This document shows, piece by piece, positions 56,573-64,000 of a stretch of DNA of 64,000 nt. Source of the DNA: Candidatus Dojkabacteria bacterium. Lineage in GTDB: Bacteria > Patescibacteriota > Dojkabacteria > GCA-002793355. The translations under genes were made by a program, and so were the position numbers. The stretch lies in contig CP129477.1 in NCBI GenBank assembly GCA_030583825.1, forward strand, positions 382,308 to 446,307, given 5' to 3'. Each line of letters opens with the position of its first letter. Position 1 is the stretch's first letter. A model generated the notes under the pieces. It made no database searches. It was given only the letters and a program-made list of their open reading frames with translations, and had not been told where the DNA came from.

Positions 56573-59500
56573 ATGTCACACAAGCAATTTGATTTAACCA
56601 ATGTCTCGTCGTTTTTTCACGATGTTGAGACACCTGTACTCTCCTTTTGGAAAGAGAACAGTATTTTCGAGAAATCTGTGACACAACGACCAGAGAGCGA
56701 CCATTTCGTATTTTACGATGGCCCGCCATTTGTCACAGGAACTCCTCACTACGGACACTTACTTTCGAGCATTTTAAAAGACATTATTCCCCGCTACCAA
56801 ACAATGAAAGGCAAAAGAGTTGAGCGCGTATGGGGATGGGATTGTCATGGACTTCCTGTCGAAGAAAAAGTTGAACGAACATTAGGTACAAAAAACCGTC
56901 GTGACATTGAGAATGTTGTCGGTATCCAGAAGTTTATTGATGCCTGTGTTGCATATGTGAAAGATACTTCCGCAGAATGGCCATGGTATGTTGATCGTAT
57001 TGCCCGCTGGGTTGATATGGAAAAACCTTACCGAACAATGGATAAAAACTATATGGAATCCGTCATCTGGGTATTCAAGCAGCTTTACGAAAAAGAGCTT
57101 GTGTACAAAGGAAAACGTGTTTCTTTGTACTGCACGCGATGTGGAACTCCAATTTCAAATTTTGAGGTCGCAATGGACAACTCATATGCAGACTTGGAAG
57201 ACCCTTCTGTCTACGTAAAGTTCAAAGCAAAATACCACAAGTCAGGACTAGGAGTTGGAATTGTTATCAAGAACGAAAAAGGCGAAGTTTTAATGATGCG
57301 ACGTAATGAACCCGGTCGTGAACAAGTTTGGGGAATCGTGGGTGGAAAAGTTGAAGAGTCAGATAAATCACTGGAAGAAACCGTACGACGCGAAATGGTC
57401 GAAGAAATTGGACTTGAACCCACCAATATTCAGTATTACACATACTCTATTGATCTTTTTGAAGGACGTTTATTCAAAACATACCACGTTGCAGCAACAA
57501 TTACTGGAACACCAAAGTTACAGGATGAAAATATTGGTACAGAGCTAAAGTGGTTCGCAGCAAAAGACCTTCCATGGGAAGATATGCATATCCCGACACG
57601 AAACTGCTTAAAAGAAGCATTGGAAGGAACTCCACGGACAGAATCTAACTACAGCACGTATAAACCAGATGTGTATATCGTTGCGTGGACAACGACTCCA
57701 TGGACATTACCATCAAACGCAGCACTCGCAATTGATAAAGAAAAAGAATACGTATCATTCTCGTTCCAAGGAAAAGAAGAAATTCTCGTTGTGGCAAAAG
57801 AAAGACTCGAGCATGTCGTTAAAGATGAGTCCTACACTCTTGTAGATACATTATTGGGTAAGGACTTGGTCAAATTGCCATATGAACAGCTCTTTTCATA
57901 CTTTGAATCTGCTGAGAATGACTATCGCGTATACGCCGCAGACTTTGTCAGTATGGGTGATGGTACCGGTATTGTTCATGTTGCTCCTGGATATGGCGAA
58001 GACGATACAGAATTAGGAAAAGAACATACACTTTCGGTTTTTGATGCTGTCAATGACGAAGGAAAACTTATTGAAAAGGTTACTGATTTTGCAGGTCAGT
58101 ACATAAAAGATGCCGATAACGAGATTATTGCCAATCTTACTGAGAGAAATTTAATGCTCAGAGCAGAGAAAGCTGTCCACAGTTATCCACTTTGTTATCG
58201 CTGCCAGACACCGCTTATCTACAAAGCACAGGATTCTTGGTATGTTGACATTGCAACACTTCGTCCACAACTCGAAGCAAATAATGAAGGAATTCACTGG
58301 GTACCTGAACACCTAAAACAGGGACGTTTTCTTGCAGGAATAAAATCTGCCCCAGATTGGGGAGTTTCCCGTACACGCTACTGGGCAACACCAATGCCAA
58401 TTTGGGAATGTAATAAGTGTGAGACTCGCGATGTATTAGGCTCAATTGCCGAAATTGAAGAGAAATCCGGTAAGAAAGTGACTGATTTGCACCGCCCGTA
58501 CATTGATGAGCATACCTATGCCTGTAAATGTGGAGGAACAATGACTCGCGTAGAAGAAGTTCTCGACTGCTGGTTGGAATCTGCATCTATGCCATTTGCA
58601 CAGTTCCATTACCCATTTGAAAATAAAGAGAAATTTGAGAAGAATTTTCCTGGTGACTACATCGTTGAGTATATTCCGCAAACTCGAGCATGGTTTTATG
58701 TTATGCATGTGATTTCCACAGCACTATTCGGCAAGAATGCATTTAGAAACGCAATCGGAACAGGAACAATTAACGGAACCGACGGACGAAAAATGAGTAA
58801 AAGCTATGGAAACTATCCTGACCCGAAGCAAATTCTCGAAAAGTTTGGTGGAGACGCATTTAGAATGTCTATGGCAAACAGCGTATTAACTCATGGCGAA
58901 GACGTAAATGTCTCAGAAGAGTTAATTGGCCAACAGGTAAAAGATTTGCTCATGCCGCTTATGAACATTTATAAGTATTTTGGATTGTATGCAAACCAGC
59001 ATAATGTCGAACCACAATTCGGTGTCGCATCAAACAATATTCTGGATAAATGGGTGCTTGCACGAGTAAAACAGGCGACACAACAAATCCAAACAGGATT
59101 AGACGCATATGATGTTCAAGGCGCTGCACGAGAACTTAAGCCGATGTTAGACGATGTTTCTACATGGTACATTCGTCGTTCACGCGATAGATTCGTTGCA
59201 GGCGATAACGAAGCAATAAGTACATTGTTTATAACTCTCTTTTTGGTACTTCGCGCAATGGCACCGTTTACTCCATTTATTGCAGAGTTTTTATATCTCC
59301 GAATAAAACATGCTTTGCCAGAAATGATGCAGCTTGAATCAATTCATTTGCACCTCTTCGATGGCTTTAACGAAGTTTCCACTGACGAACAAACACTTCT
59401 CGACGATATGGAACATGTTCGCACAACCGCGTCATTGGCATTAAGTATTCGCGATGAAAAGCAATTGCCAGTTAAACAGCCGCTTTCTTCTGTTACATTT

Positions 59501-59938
59501 GCTGCACCGCATGAGCTTACGCAGGAAATGCTGGAGCTCATCCAAAGTGAAGTAAATGTTTTGAGTATCTCGCAAGTTCCAACTGCCGGCGATATTCCTC
59601 AGACTTTCGAGCGAAAAGATAAAGAAGATTTATCAGTTGCACTCGACATTGCCTTGACTCCAGAGCTTATTGAGAAAGGTGTTGTTCGTGAAGTTATTCG
59701 AGCAATTCAGGTTTCTCGAAAGAAGTCAGGATTTGAGCTTGGTGAAAAAGCGAAAGCAACGCTCACAACGCACGAAGACGCGCTTGTAGATATCGTGAAC
59801 AAATACGCCGAGACCATTTCTTCGCAAACGGGGCTTGCTTCATTAAAAGTGAACAAAGCAATTGTCGAAGGAGAACATGGTGAATTGTTCACACTCAAAC
59901 AAGGAGAATACCCATTAGCAGTGTCACTTGAGCATTAG
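56573..59938 (+). CDS. ileS: Isoleucyl-tRNA synthetase (type 2, eukaryote/archaeal-like) with an inserted NUDIX hydrolase domain.
   Basis: HIGH motif (PHYGHLLS), KMSKS (RKMSKSYGN), CP1 editing domain (WTTTPWTLPSN). A ~135-aa insertion (aa ~222-358) lies between VYVKFKA and YIVAWTTTPWTLPSN. Within it, WGIVGGKVEESDKSLEETVRREMVEEIGLE matches a Nudix box. Confidence 0.9.
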   Translation: MSHKQFDLTNVSSFFHDVETPVLSFWKENSIFEKSVTQRPESDHFVFYDGPPFVTGTPHYGHLLSSILKDIIPRYQTMKGKRVERVWGWDCHGLPVEEKVERTLGTKNRRDIENVVGIQKFIDACVAYVKDTSAEWPWYVDRIARWVDMEKPYRTMDKNYMESVIWVFKQLYEKELVYKGKRVSLYCTRCGTPISNFEVAMDNSYADLEDPSVYVKFKAKYHKSGLGVGIVIKNEKGEVLMMRRNEPGREQVWGIVGGKVEESDKSLEETVRREMVEEIGLEPTNIQYYTYSIDLFEGRLFKTYHVAATITGTPKLQDENIGTELKWFAAKDLPWEDMHIPTRNCLKEALEGTPRTESNYSTYKPDVYIVAWTTTPWTLPSNAALAIDKEKEYVSFSFQGKEEILVVAKERLEHVVKDESYTLVDTLLGKDLVKLPYEQLFSYFESAENDYRVYAADFVSMGDGTGIVHVAPGYGEDDTELGKEHTLSVFDAVNDEGKLIEKVTDFAGQYIKDADNEIIANLTERNLMLRAEKAVHSYPLCYRCQTPLIYKAQDSWYVDIATLRPQLEANNEGIHWVPEHLKQGRFLAGIKSAPDWGVSRTRYWATPMPIWECNKCETRDVLGSIAEIEEKSGKKVTDLHRPYIDEHTYACKCGGTMTRVEEVLDCWLESASMPFAQFHYPFENKEKFEKNFPGDYIVEYIPQTRAWFYVMHVISTALFGKNAFRNAIGTGTINGTDGRKMSKSYGNYPDPKQILEKFGGDAFRMSMANSVLTHGEDVNVSEELIGQQVKDLLMPLMNIYKYFGLYANQHNVEPQFGVASNNILDKWVLARVKQATQQIQTGLDAYDVQGAARELKPMLDDVSTWYIRRSRDRFVAGDNEAISTLFITLFLVLRAMAPFTPFIAEFLYLRIKHALPEMMQLESIHLHLFDGFNEVSTDEQTLLDDMEHVRTTASLALSIRDEKQLPVKQPLSSVTFAAPHELTQEMLELIQSEVNVLSISQVPTAGDIPQTFERKDKEDLSVALDIALTPELIEKGVVREVIRAIQVSRKKSGFELGEKAKATLTTHEDALVDIVNKYAETISSQTGLASLKVNKAIVEGEHGELFTLKQGEYPLAVSLEH
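57236..57646 (+). other. NUDIX hydrolase domain embedded in IleRS.
   Basis: Nudix fold motifs GIVIKNEKGEVLMMRRNEPGREQVWGIVGGKVE and REMVEEIGL (GX5EX7REUXEEXGU-like, with a one-residue register shift). Flanked on both sides by canonical IleRS sequence in the same frame. Confidence 0.75.
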
Positions 59939-59992
59939 TACTTCGGTAGTTCTATGCTATTTTCGGCCTAAAAATGATAGGCAGGCTTACGA

Positions 59993-60772
59993 TCAACTTC
60001 GAGCGAGACTAAAGAGTACGAATTGTGTATGACTCGGCCAATGTAAGCCTTTCTTTAGTGTTTCAAGCAAGCTTTGTGCCGTCGCTCCGGTGGAGACGAC
60101 GTCGTCAACAATAACAACAAGGTCTACATTGAGCTTACTAACCACTTTTTGGGCTCCATCTTGCAAAGCAAAAACTCCAAGTTGTTGCGTAAAGCGTTGA
60201 AATTTTTTAACTTGAGCCTGTGCCTTTGTTTGCTTAACCTTTACTACAATATTGTGTAAAACACTTGCCCGGCAATATTCTGTTTGTTGCAGAATCTTCT
60301 GCAATATTTCGGCTACTGATTGCGACGAAGAGTATCCGCGCTCACGTAATTTGTTGCGATGCATTGGAACAGGAATAAGCAATATATTTTTATTGCGAAA
60401 CAACTCAAACGACAAAAATGGATTATATTGGGCATATTCCTGCAATAATTGGCGAATAACTCTGATGAGTACTCGCTCTCCGTGGTATTTATATTCACGG
60501 AAAATATATTTCAAGACGGCATGATACCGAAAGCATGAAATAAAGAAGTCAAAATGCATTGCTCTTTGCTTGCAATACGGGTGAGTTTTGCCATGATGAG
60601 CTGTTCCACCGCAATAGAGGCACTCCGGAGCCGTAAATATAAGCTCGTCGGCGCATTCCATACATAACTGAACATCTTCTTTGCCACACCTTACGCAGCG
60701 GAATGGGAGAAAAAACGAAATCAACAATTCGAGAGCTAAAGCTCCAGATGTAATAATATAATCCAATACCAT
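59993..60772 (-). CDS. comFC: ComF-family phosphoribosyltransferase (competence protein ComFC-like).
   Basis: N-terminal Cys4 zinc ribbon (CVRCG...CMEC...CLYCGG) and C-terminal PRTase motif LVVIVDDVVSTGAT. Confidence 0.8.
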   Translation of the reverse strand: MVLDYIITSGALALELLISFFLPFRCVRCGKEDVQLCMECADELIFTAPECLYCGGTAHHGKTHPYCKQRAMHFDFFISCFRYHAVLKYIFREYKYHGERVLIRVIRQLLQEYAQYNPFLSFELFRNKNILLIPVPMHRNKLRERGYSSSQSVAEILQKILQQTEYCRASVLHNIVVKVKQTKAQAQVKKFQRFTQQLGVFALQDGAQKVVSKLNVDLVVIVDDVVSTGATAQSLLETLKKGLHWPSHTQFVLFSLARS

Positions 60773-60798
60773 GCACTATTATGCAACGTGAATTGTGA

Positions 60799-61491
60799 TT
60801 ACTTTTTCTTCAGGTGAAAATAGGTAAATGACCGATGTTGCCGAACCCACTTTTTGTAATAATGAGTTTCAGGTAAGCCGAATTTTTCCGGAATATACTC
60901 TCCAATCGAAACGTCATATTCATCGCTCACTTTATCCACTTGGATCGCAATAAAGTCAGCATAGTCCTGCCAGTCGGTCGCAATAATGATATCACCATCG
61001 TCTTTAAGGAACTTTTTCACGCTTTTCATCCACTCTGTTGTAAGTGGGCGACGTTTCTGATGTCGCTTTTTATGCCAGGGATCAGGAAAAAGTACTGTAA
61101 TTCGTTGAATTGTCTTCTCCTTAAATAAATGAGGAATCATTTTATACGCATCACCTTTGTAAAGCACTGCTGACAGTTTTTTACTCAGTTTTGCAAAAGT
61201 AAAACGATAAAAACGGCTTTTTATTTCGAATCCAACGCAATAAAACTTATTTGAAAGAAACCATAAGACTTCTCCATGACCGCTACCTATATCAATAAGT
61301 AATGGTTTTCCGTCTGCTACTTTTTCCCATGCAACCGGAAACGGCAAATCATGGACATCTGTTTTTTTAACCATTTCAGGGGAATAGTGAAATGAAATTG
61401 CTCTCATTTTTCCTCTGAGAGAATATAACAAGCCGGAGAAAAATTTTTTGACCTTATGGCGGAAATATTTTACCGAAGAGAGAAATATCAT
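60799..61491 (-). CDS. trmB: tRNA (guanine46-N7)-methyltransferase.
   Basis: SAM-binding LLIDIGSGHG and the signature FPDPWHKKRHQKRR. Confidence 0.9.
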   Translation of the reverse strand: MIFLSSVKYFRHKVKKFFSGLLYSLRGKMRAISFHYSPEMVKKTDVHDLPFPVAWEKVADGKPLLIDIGSGHGEVLWFLSNKFYCVGFEIKSRFYRFTFAKLSKKLSAVLYKGDAYKMIPHLFKEKTIQRITVLFPDPWHKKRHQKRRPLTTEWMKSVKKFLKDDGDIIIATDWQDYADFIAIQVDKVSDEYDVSIGEYIPEKFGLPETHYYKKWVRQHRSFTYFHLKKK

Positions 61492-61493
61492 AA

Positions 61494-62792
61494 TTGGTGG
61501 AGTATAATATGGTAGTATTATATCAAAAACAGGCCAGAATGTCGAGCATTATAAACAAAACACATGAACAGATACGGAGCGATTTTCCAATTCTGAGACG
61601 ACAAATTAATGGATTTCCTCTCGCATATTTGGACAATGCTGCAACAACACAAAAACCTCATGCTGTTATTGATGCGGTTTCGCATATATATGCCCACTCA
61701 TACGCCAATATTCACCGAGGAATGCACACAATGGCACATGAAGCCTCAGAATTATACGAATCTACAAAAAAGAGATTACTTTCATTTGTTAATGCGAAAG
61801 ATAACTACTCAGTCGTATTTACTAAAAATATGACTGAAAGCTCAAATCTCGTGGCATTTTCTTATCTCTCTACGCAAAAACAACCTCAGCGCACTATTAT
61901 TCTTACTTCTGGGCAGGAACATCATTCAAACTTTCTACCATGGCTTAGGCAAAGCAAAGCAAAAGGATTCGCTGTAGAGCTTATCCCGACACTTCCTAAC
62001 GGGGATTTGGATATCAATTTCTATCGGCAATTTGTGTCCTTTAACTCTGACAAAATCGCATTAATTGCACTTTCTACGGCTTCAAATGTATTTGGAATCC
62101 TTCAGCCAATAGAAGACTTTGCCAGCATCGCGACAGAGCATAATATTCCGCTTTTTGTAGATGGTGCTCAAACAATTGGCCATGTTCCTACCAACCTAGA
62201 ACAAGTTAATCCGGCATTTTTTGCGGCATCGGCACATAAAATGTATGCTCCGGCAGGGGTCGGCATGCTCTTTATTCGTAAGGATCTTTTACAGACAATG
62301 GAACCATATATTCTTGGAGGAGGAACTGTCAGCAGTGTTACTGAAACTGACTATGTTCCAAAAGACTCAGAAGAGCGATTTGTTGGTGGAACACCCAACA
62401 TTGAAGGCATTGCCGGGCTTAATGCGGCAATCGCCTACCTTGAAGACATCGGCATGGAGGCAGTTGTAGACCACGAGCAAATGCTTGTTACTCATTTTCA
62501 AGAACGAGCACGTGAATTCTCTTATCTGCGGTTTTTAGGCGATATATTCCACAAAAATCACCTTGGATTATTCTCTTTTGCATCAAAACTTCACCCTCAT
62601 GATATTGCCGATTTTCTCGATCAAAAAGGAATTGCTGTCAGAGCGGGAGCACATTGTGCACATCCACTTCATAACCTTGCAGGGGAAACTTCGTCCGTAC
62701 GTGCCAGTTTTGGTATTTACACAACAAGAGAAGAAATTGATCGCCTATTCGAAAGTATCCGCGATATTCATAAGCAGTTTGGCATAACATAG
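61494..62792 (+). CDS. sufS: Class V aminotransferase, cysteine desulfurase (SufS-like).
   Basis: AYLDNAATTQKP, PLP-Lys motif SAHKMYAPAGVG, and catalytic Cys in RAGAHCAHPL (group II desulfurase). Confidence 0.85.
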   Translation: MVEYNMVVLYQKQARMSSIINKTHEQIRSDFPILRRQINGFPLAYLDNAATTQKPHAVIDAVSHIYAHSYANIHRGMHTMAHEASELYESTKKRLLSFVNAKDNYSVVFTKNMTESSNLVAFSYLSTQKQPQRTIILTSGQEHHSNFLPWLRQSKAKGFAVELIPTLPNGDLDINFYRQFVSFNSDKIALIALSTASNVFGILQPIEDFASIATEHNIPLFVDGAQTIGHVPTNLEQVNPAFFAASAHKMYAPAGVGMLFIRKDLLQTMEPYILGGGTVSSVTETDYVPKDSEERFVGGTPNIEGIAGLNAAIAYLEDIGMEAVVDHEQMLVTHFQERAREFSYLRFLGDIFHKNHLGLFSFASKLHPHDIADFLDQKGIAVRAGAHCAHPLHNLAGETSSVRASFGIYTTREEIDRLFESIRDIHKQFGIT

Positions 62793-62799
62793 TTTTCGA

Positions 62800-63372
62800 A
62801 TGAAGAAATTCTTCGCTTTTGTCCTGCTTTTCTTGGGACTTTGCTGCTTAGAACTATTCCTTCGACAACAGAAGGAAATGCGCTTGCTCTCACATGGTGA
62901 AAAGTATAGAAATATAACTACGCTTTCGATCCCAGGTAACGCAGAAAAGTTTATTGTTACCCATGTTGTTGATGGAGACACAATAGAAGGATATTTTGAA
63001 AAAAGTCCTCAAAAAATGCAGAATGTTCGCTATCTTGGCATAGATACGCCTGAAATTGCCCACCGTACTTCAGGAAGTTTTCAATATGGCGGCAAGACTG
63101 CCGCACATTTAAACGAGTTACTCATTACACAACATGATTATAAAGTTTTTCTTGCTAAAGACACTAAAAACACTGACGCGTATGACCGTTTACTCAGGCA
63201 TGTGTTTCTTCCAGATGGAACATATCTTAACTCTGTAATATTGTGCGCGGGGTATGGAAAAACGTATATACAGGATATTGCGATTCCCCCGTATGTTAAG
63301 GCTTTACAATCATGTGAATTACTTGCCAAGAATTCTCTCAGAGGAATTTGGAGCGTTACTGCATCTGAATAG
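62800..63372 (+). CDS. Secreted thermonuclease (staphylococcal nuclease-like, SNase fold).
   Basis: N-terminal signal/anchor, then HVVDGDTIEG...VRYLGIDTPE...DRLLRHVFL...GYGK SNase motifs. Confidence 0.75.
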   Translation: MKKFFAFVLLFLGLCCLELFLRQQKEMRLLSHGEKYRNITTLSIPGNAEKFIVTHVVDGDTIEGYFEKSPQKMQNVRYLGIDTPEIAHRTSGSFQYGGKTAAHLNELLITQHDYKVFLAKDTKNTDAYDRLLRHVFLPDGTYLNSVILCAGYGKTYIQDIAIPPYVKALQSCELLAKNSLRGIWSVTASE

Positions 63373-64000
63373 TAATTGTGGTTTCATCAGTAATTTCGCC
63401 AAATGGCTTTTCTGTCTTTCCAATACTAAATGTTCTATCGTCAGAAAGACATCGCGCTTCAAATACGGCAATATCACTGGCAACCGGAGAAAAATATGCA
63501 GACATATCTGCTTTGCGCATAGTTCCTGCATTCATATTCCACGTGTACGGACTTTTTATAACGATAACCGATTGCGAAGTAGAAAGATCGTTACCTCTTT
63601 TAAGGTAGCCTCGAATAAAACACTCCCCTTTTGCGTTGCTTAGTTCGCCGGAAATATTCGAAAACTGAGGAGGAGAGCCTAAAGTTTTTGGTGTAGCAAA
63701 CTGCTCGCTCAATCCGTGGGTATTTCTTTTGTAAAAGTATGACTTTTCTGGTGTGAGATTTCTCAATGTAACTTGATGGAAATATCCCCATGAGGCATCA
63801 AACGTTTCTTTTCGTTCGTCATCTCGAGTTTGGGTCATTGCTTGCATACTTTCTCCAAAAGAGACCTTTCCCTCTTCTTTTTGAATCGTATTCCATACTA
63901 TGCTAAAAGAATTCTCAGTCACATTTGTCACAATTCCCTGTAAACGAAGCGCTGCAATTAGTCCATCTTTTGAAACAAGATCTTCTATTGCAATATCGTC
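63356..64000 (-). CDS. FN3-like surface protein, paralog of 50097..51710. It is partial; the N-terminus probably lies beyond the window end.
   Basis: FN3-like SFSIVWNT...FHQVTLRNLTPEKSYFYK. The C-terminal half aligns with the C-terminal domain of ORF 50097..51710 (PKTL...FSNISG...GEC...). The reading frame remains open to coordinate 64000. Confidence 0.5.
   Translation of the reverse strand, partial: DDIAIEDLVSKDGLIAALRLQGIVTNVTENSFSIVWNTIQKEEGKVSFGESMQAMTQTRDDERKETFDASWGYFHQVTLRNLTPEKSYFYKRNTHGLSEQFATPKTLGSPPQFSNISGELSNAKGECFIRGYLKRGNDLSTSQSVIVIKSPYTWNMNAGTMRKADMSAYFSPVASDIAVFEARCLSDDRTFSIGKTEKPFGEITDETTITIQMQ

Overview
This is a low-GC (~40%) bacterial window, densely coded in the standard genetic code (UGA is not recoded). 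The gene content suggests a Patescibacteria/CPR-like genome: archaeal/eukaryotic-type AspRS, a eukaryote-like IleRS, an ATP-dependent DNA ligase, a minimal UvrC, many membrane-anchored surface proteins with FN3, PEGA and transglutaminase domains, and one giant 3,628-aa Gly-rich surface protein.

Content from start to end:
- **Metal homeostasis (188–3881):** a COG0523 His-rich zinc-chaperone GTPase, a DUF4349-like membrane protein, a cupredoxin-like protein, and a UXS-like epimerase.
- **Giant protein locus (3910–15718):** a 10.9-kb gene for a membrane-anchored protein with an internal ~1.09-kb tandem repeat array, plus a translationally coupled polytopic membrane protein.
- **Copper resistance (15808–18973):** a second cupredoxin-like paralog, csoR and a copA P1B-ATPase.
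- **DUF1761 and AlbA_2/Schlafen-like gene (18998–20936).**
- **ORF-free interval (20937–21930):** contains a tmRNA (ssrA) on the minus strand with a -35/-10 promoter, a tag ORF ending ...ALNYAIA*, and a 17-nt duplicate of the tmRNA 3' end 152 bp downstream (att-like scar).
- **Surface/membrane cluster (21931–31526):** a CheY-like receiver, the MoxR–DUF58–membrane-transglutaminase triad, a pseudo-epimerase::DUF4012 fusion, and a PEGA-domain protein.
- **DNA repair and housekeeping (31586–46390):** uvrC-uvrA and uvrB, a two-component kinase with an unknown upstream partner, a RodZ-like protein, AspRS, an Nth-like glycosylase, and an M20 peptidase.
- **Lipid-linked sugar pair (46419–47780):** a divergently overlapping UbiA (DPPR-synthase-type motif) / PAP2 pair.
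- **Remaining genes (47816–64000):** an AAA_14/DUF4143 ATPase, FN3 surface paralogs, ksgA, a TM-anchored HEPN-like protein coupled to uppS, DNA ligase, IleRS, comFC, trmB, sufS and a thermonuclease.

The most unusual coding feature is an IleRS carrying a ~135-aa NUDIX hydrolase domain inserted just before the CP1 editing domain. No CRISPR array, rRNA, canonical tRNA or intact mobile element was found.
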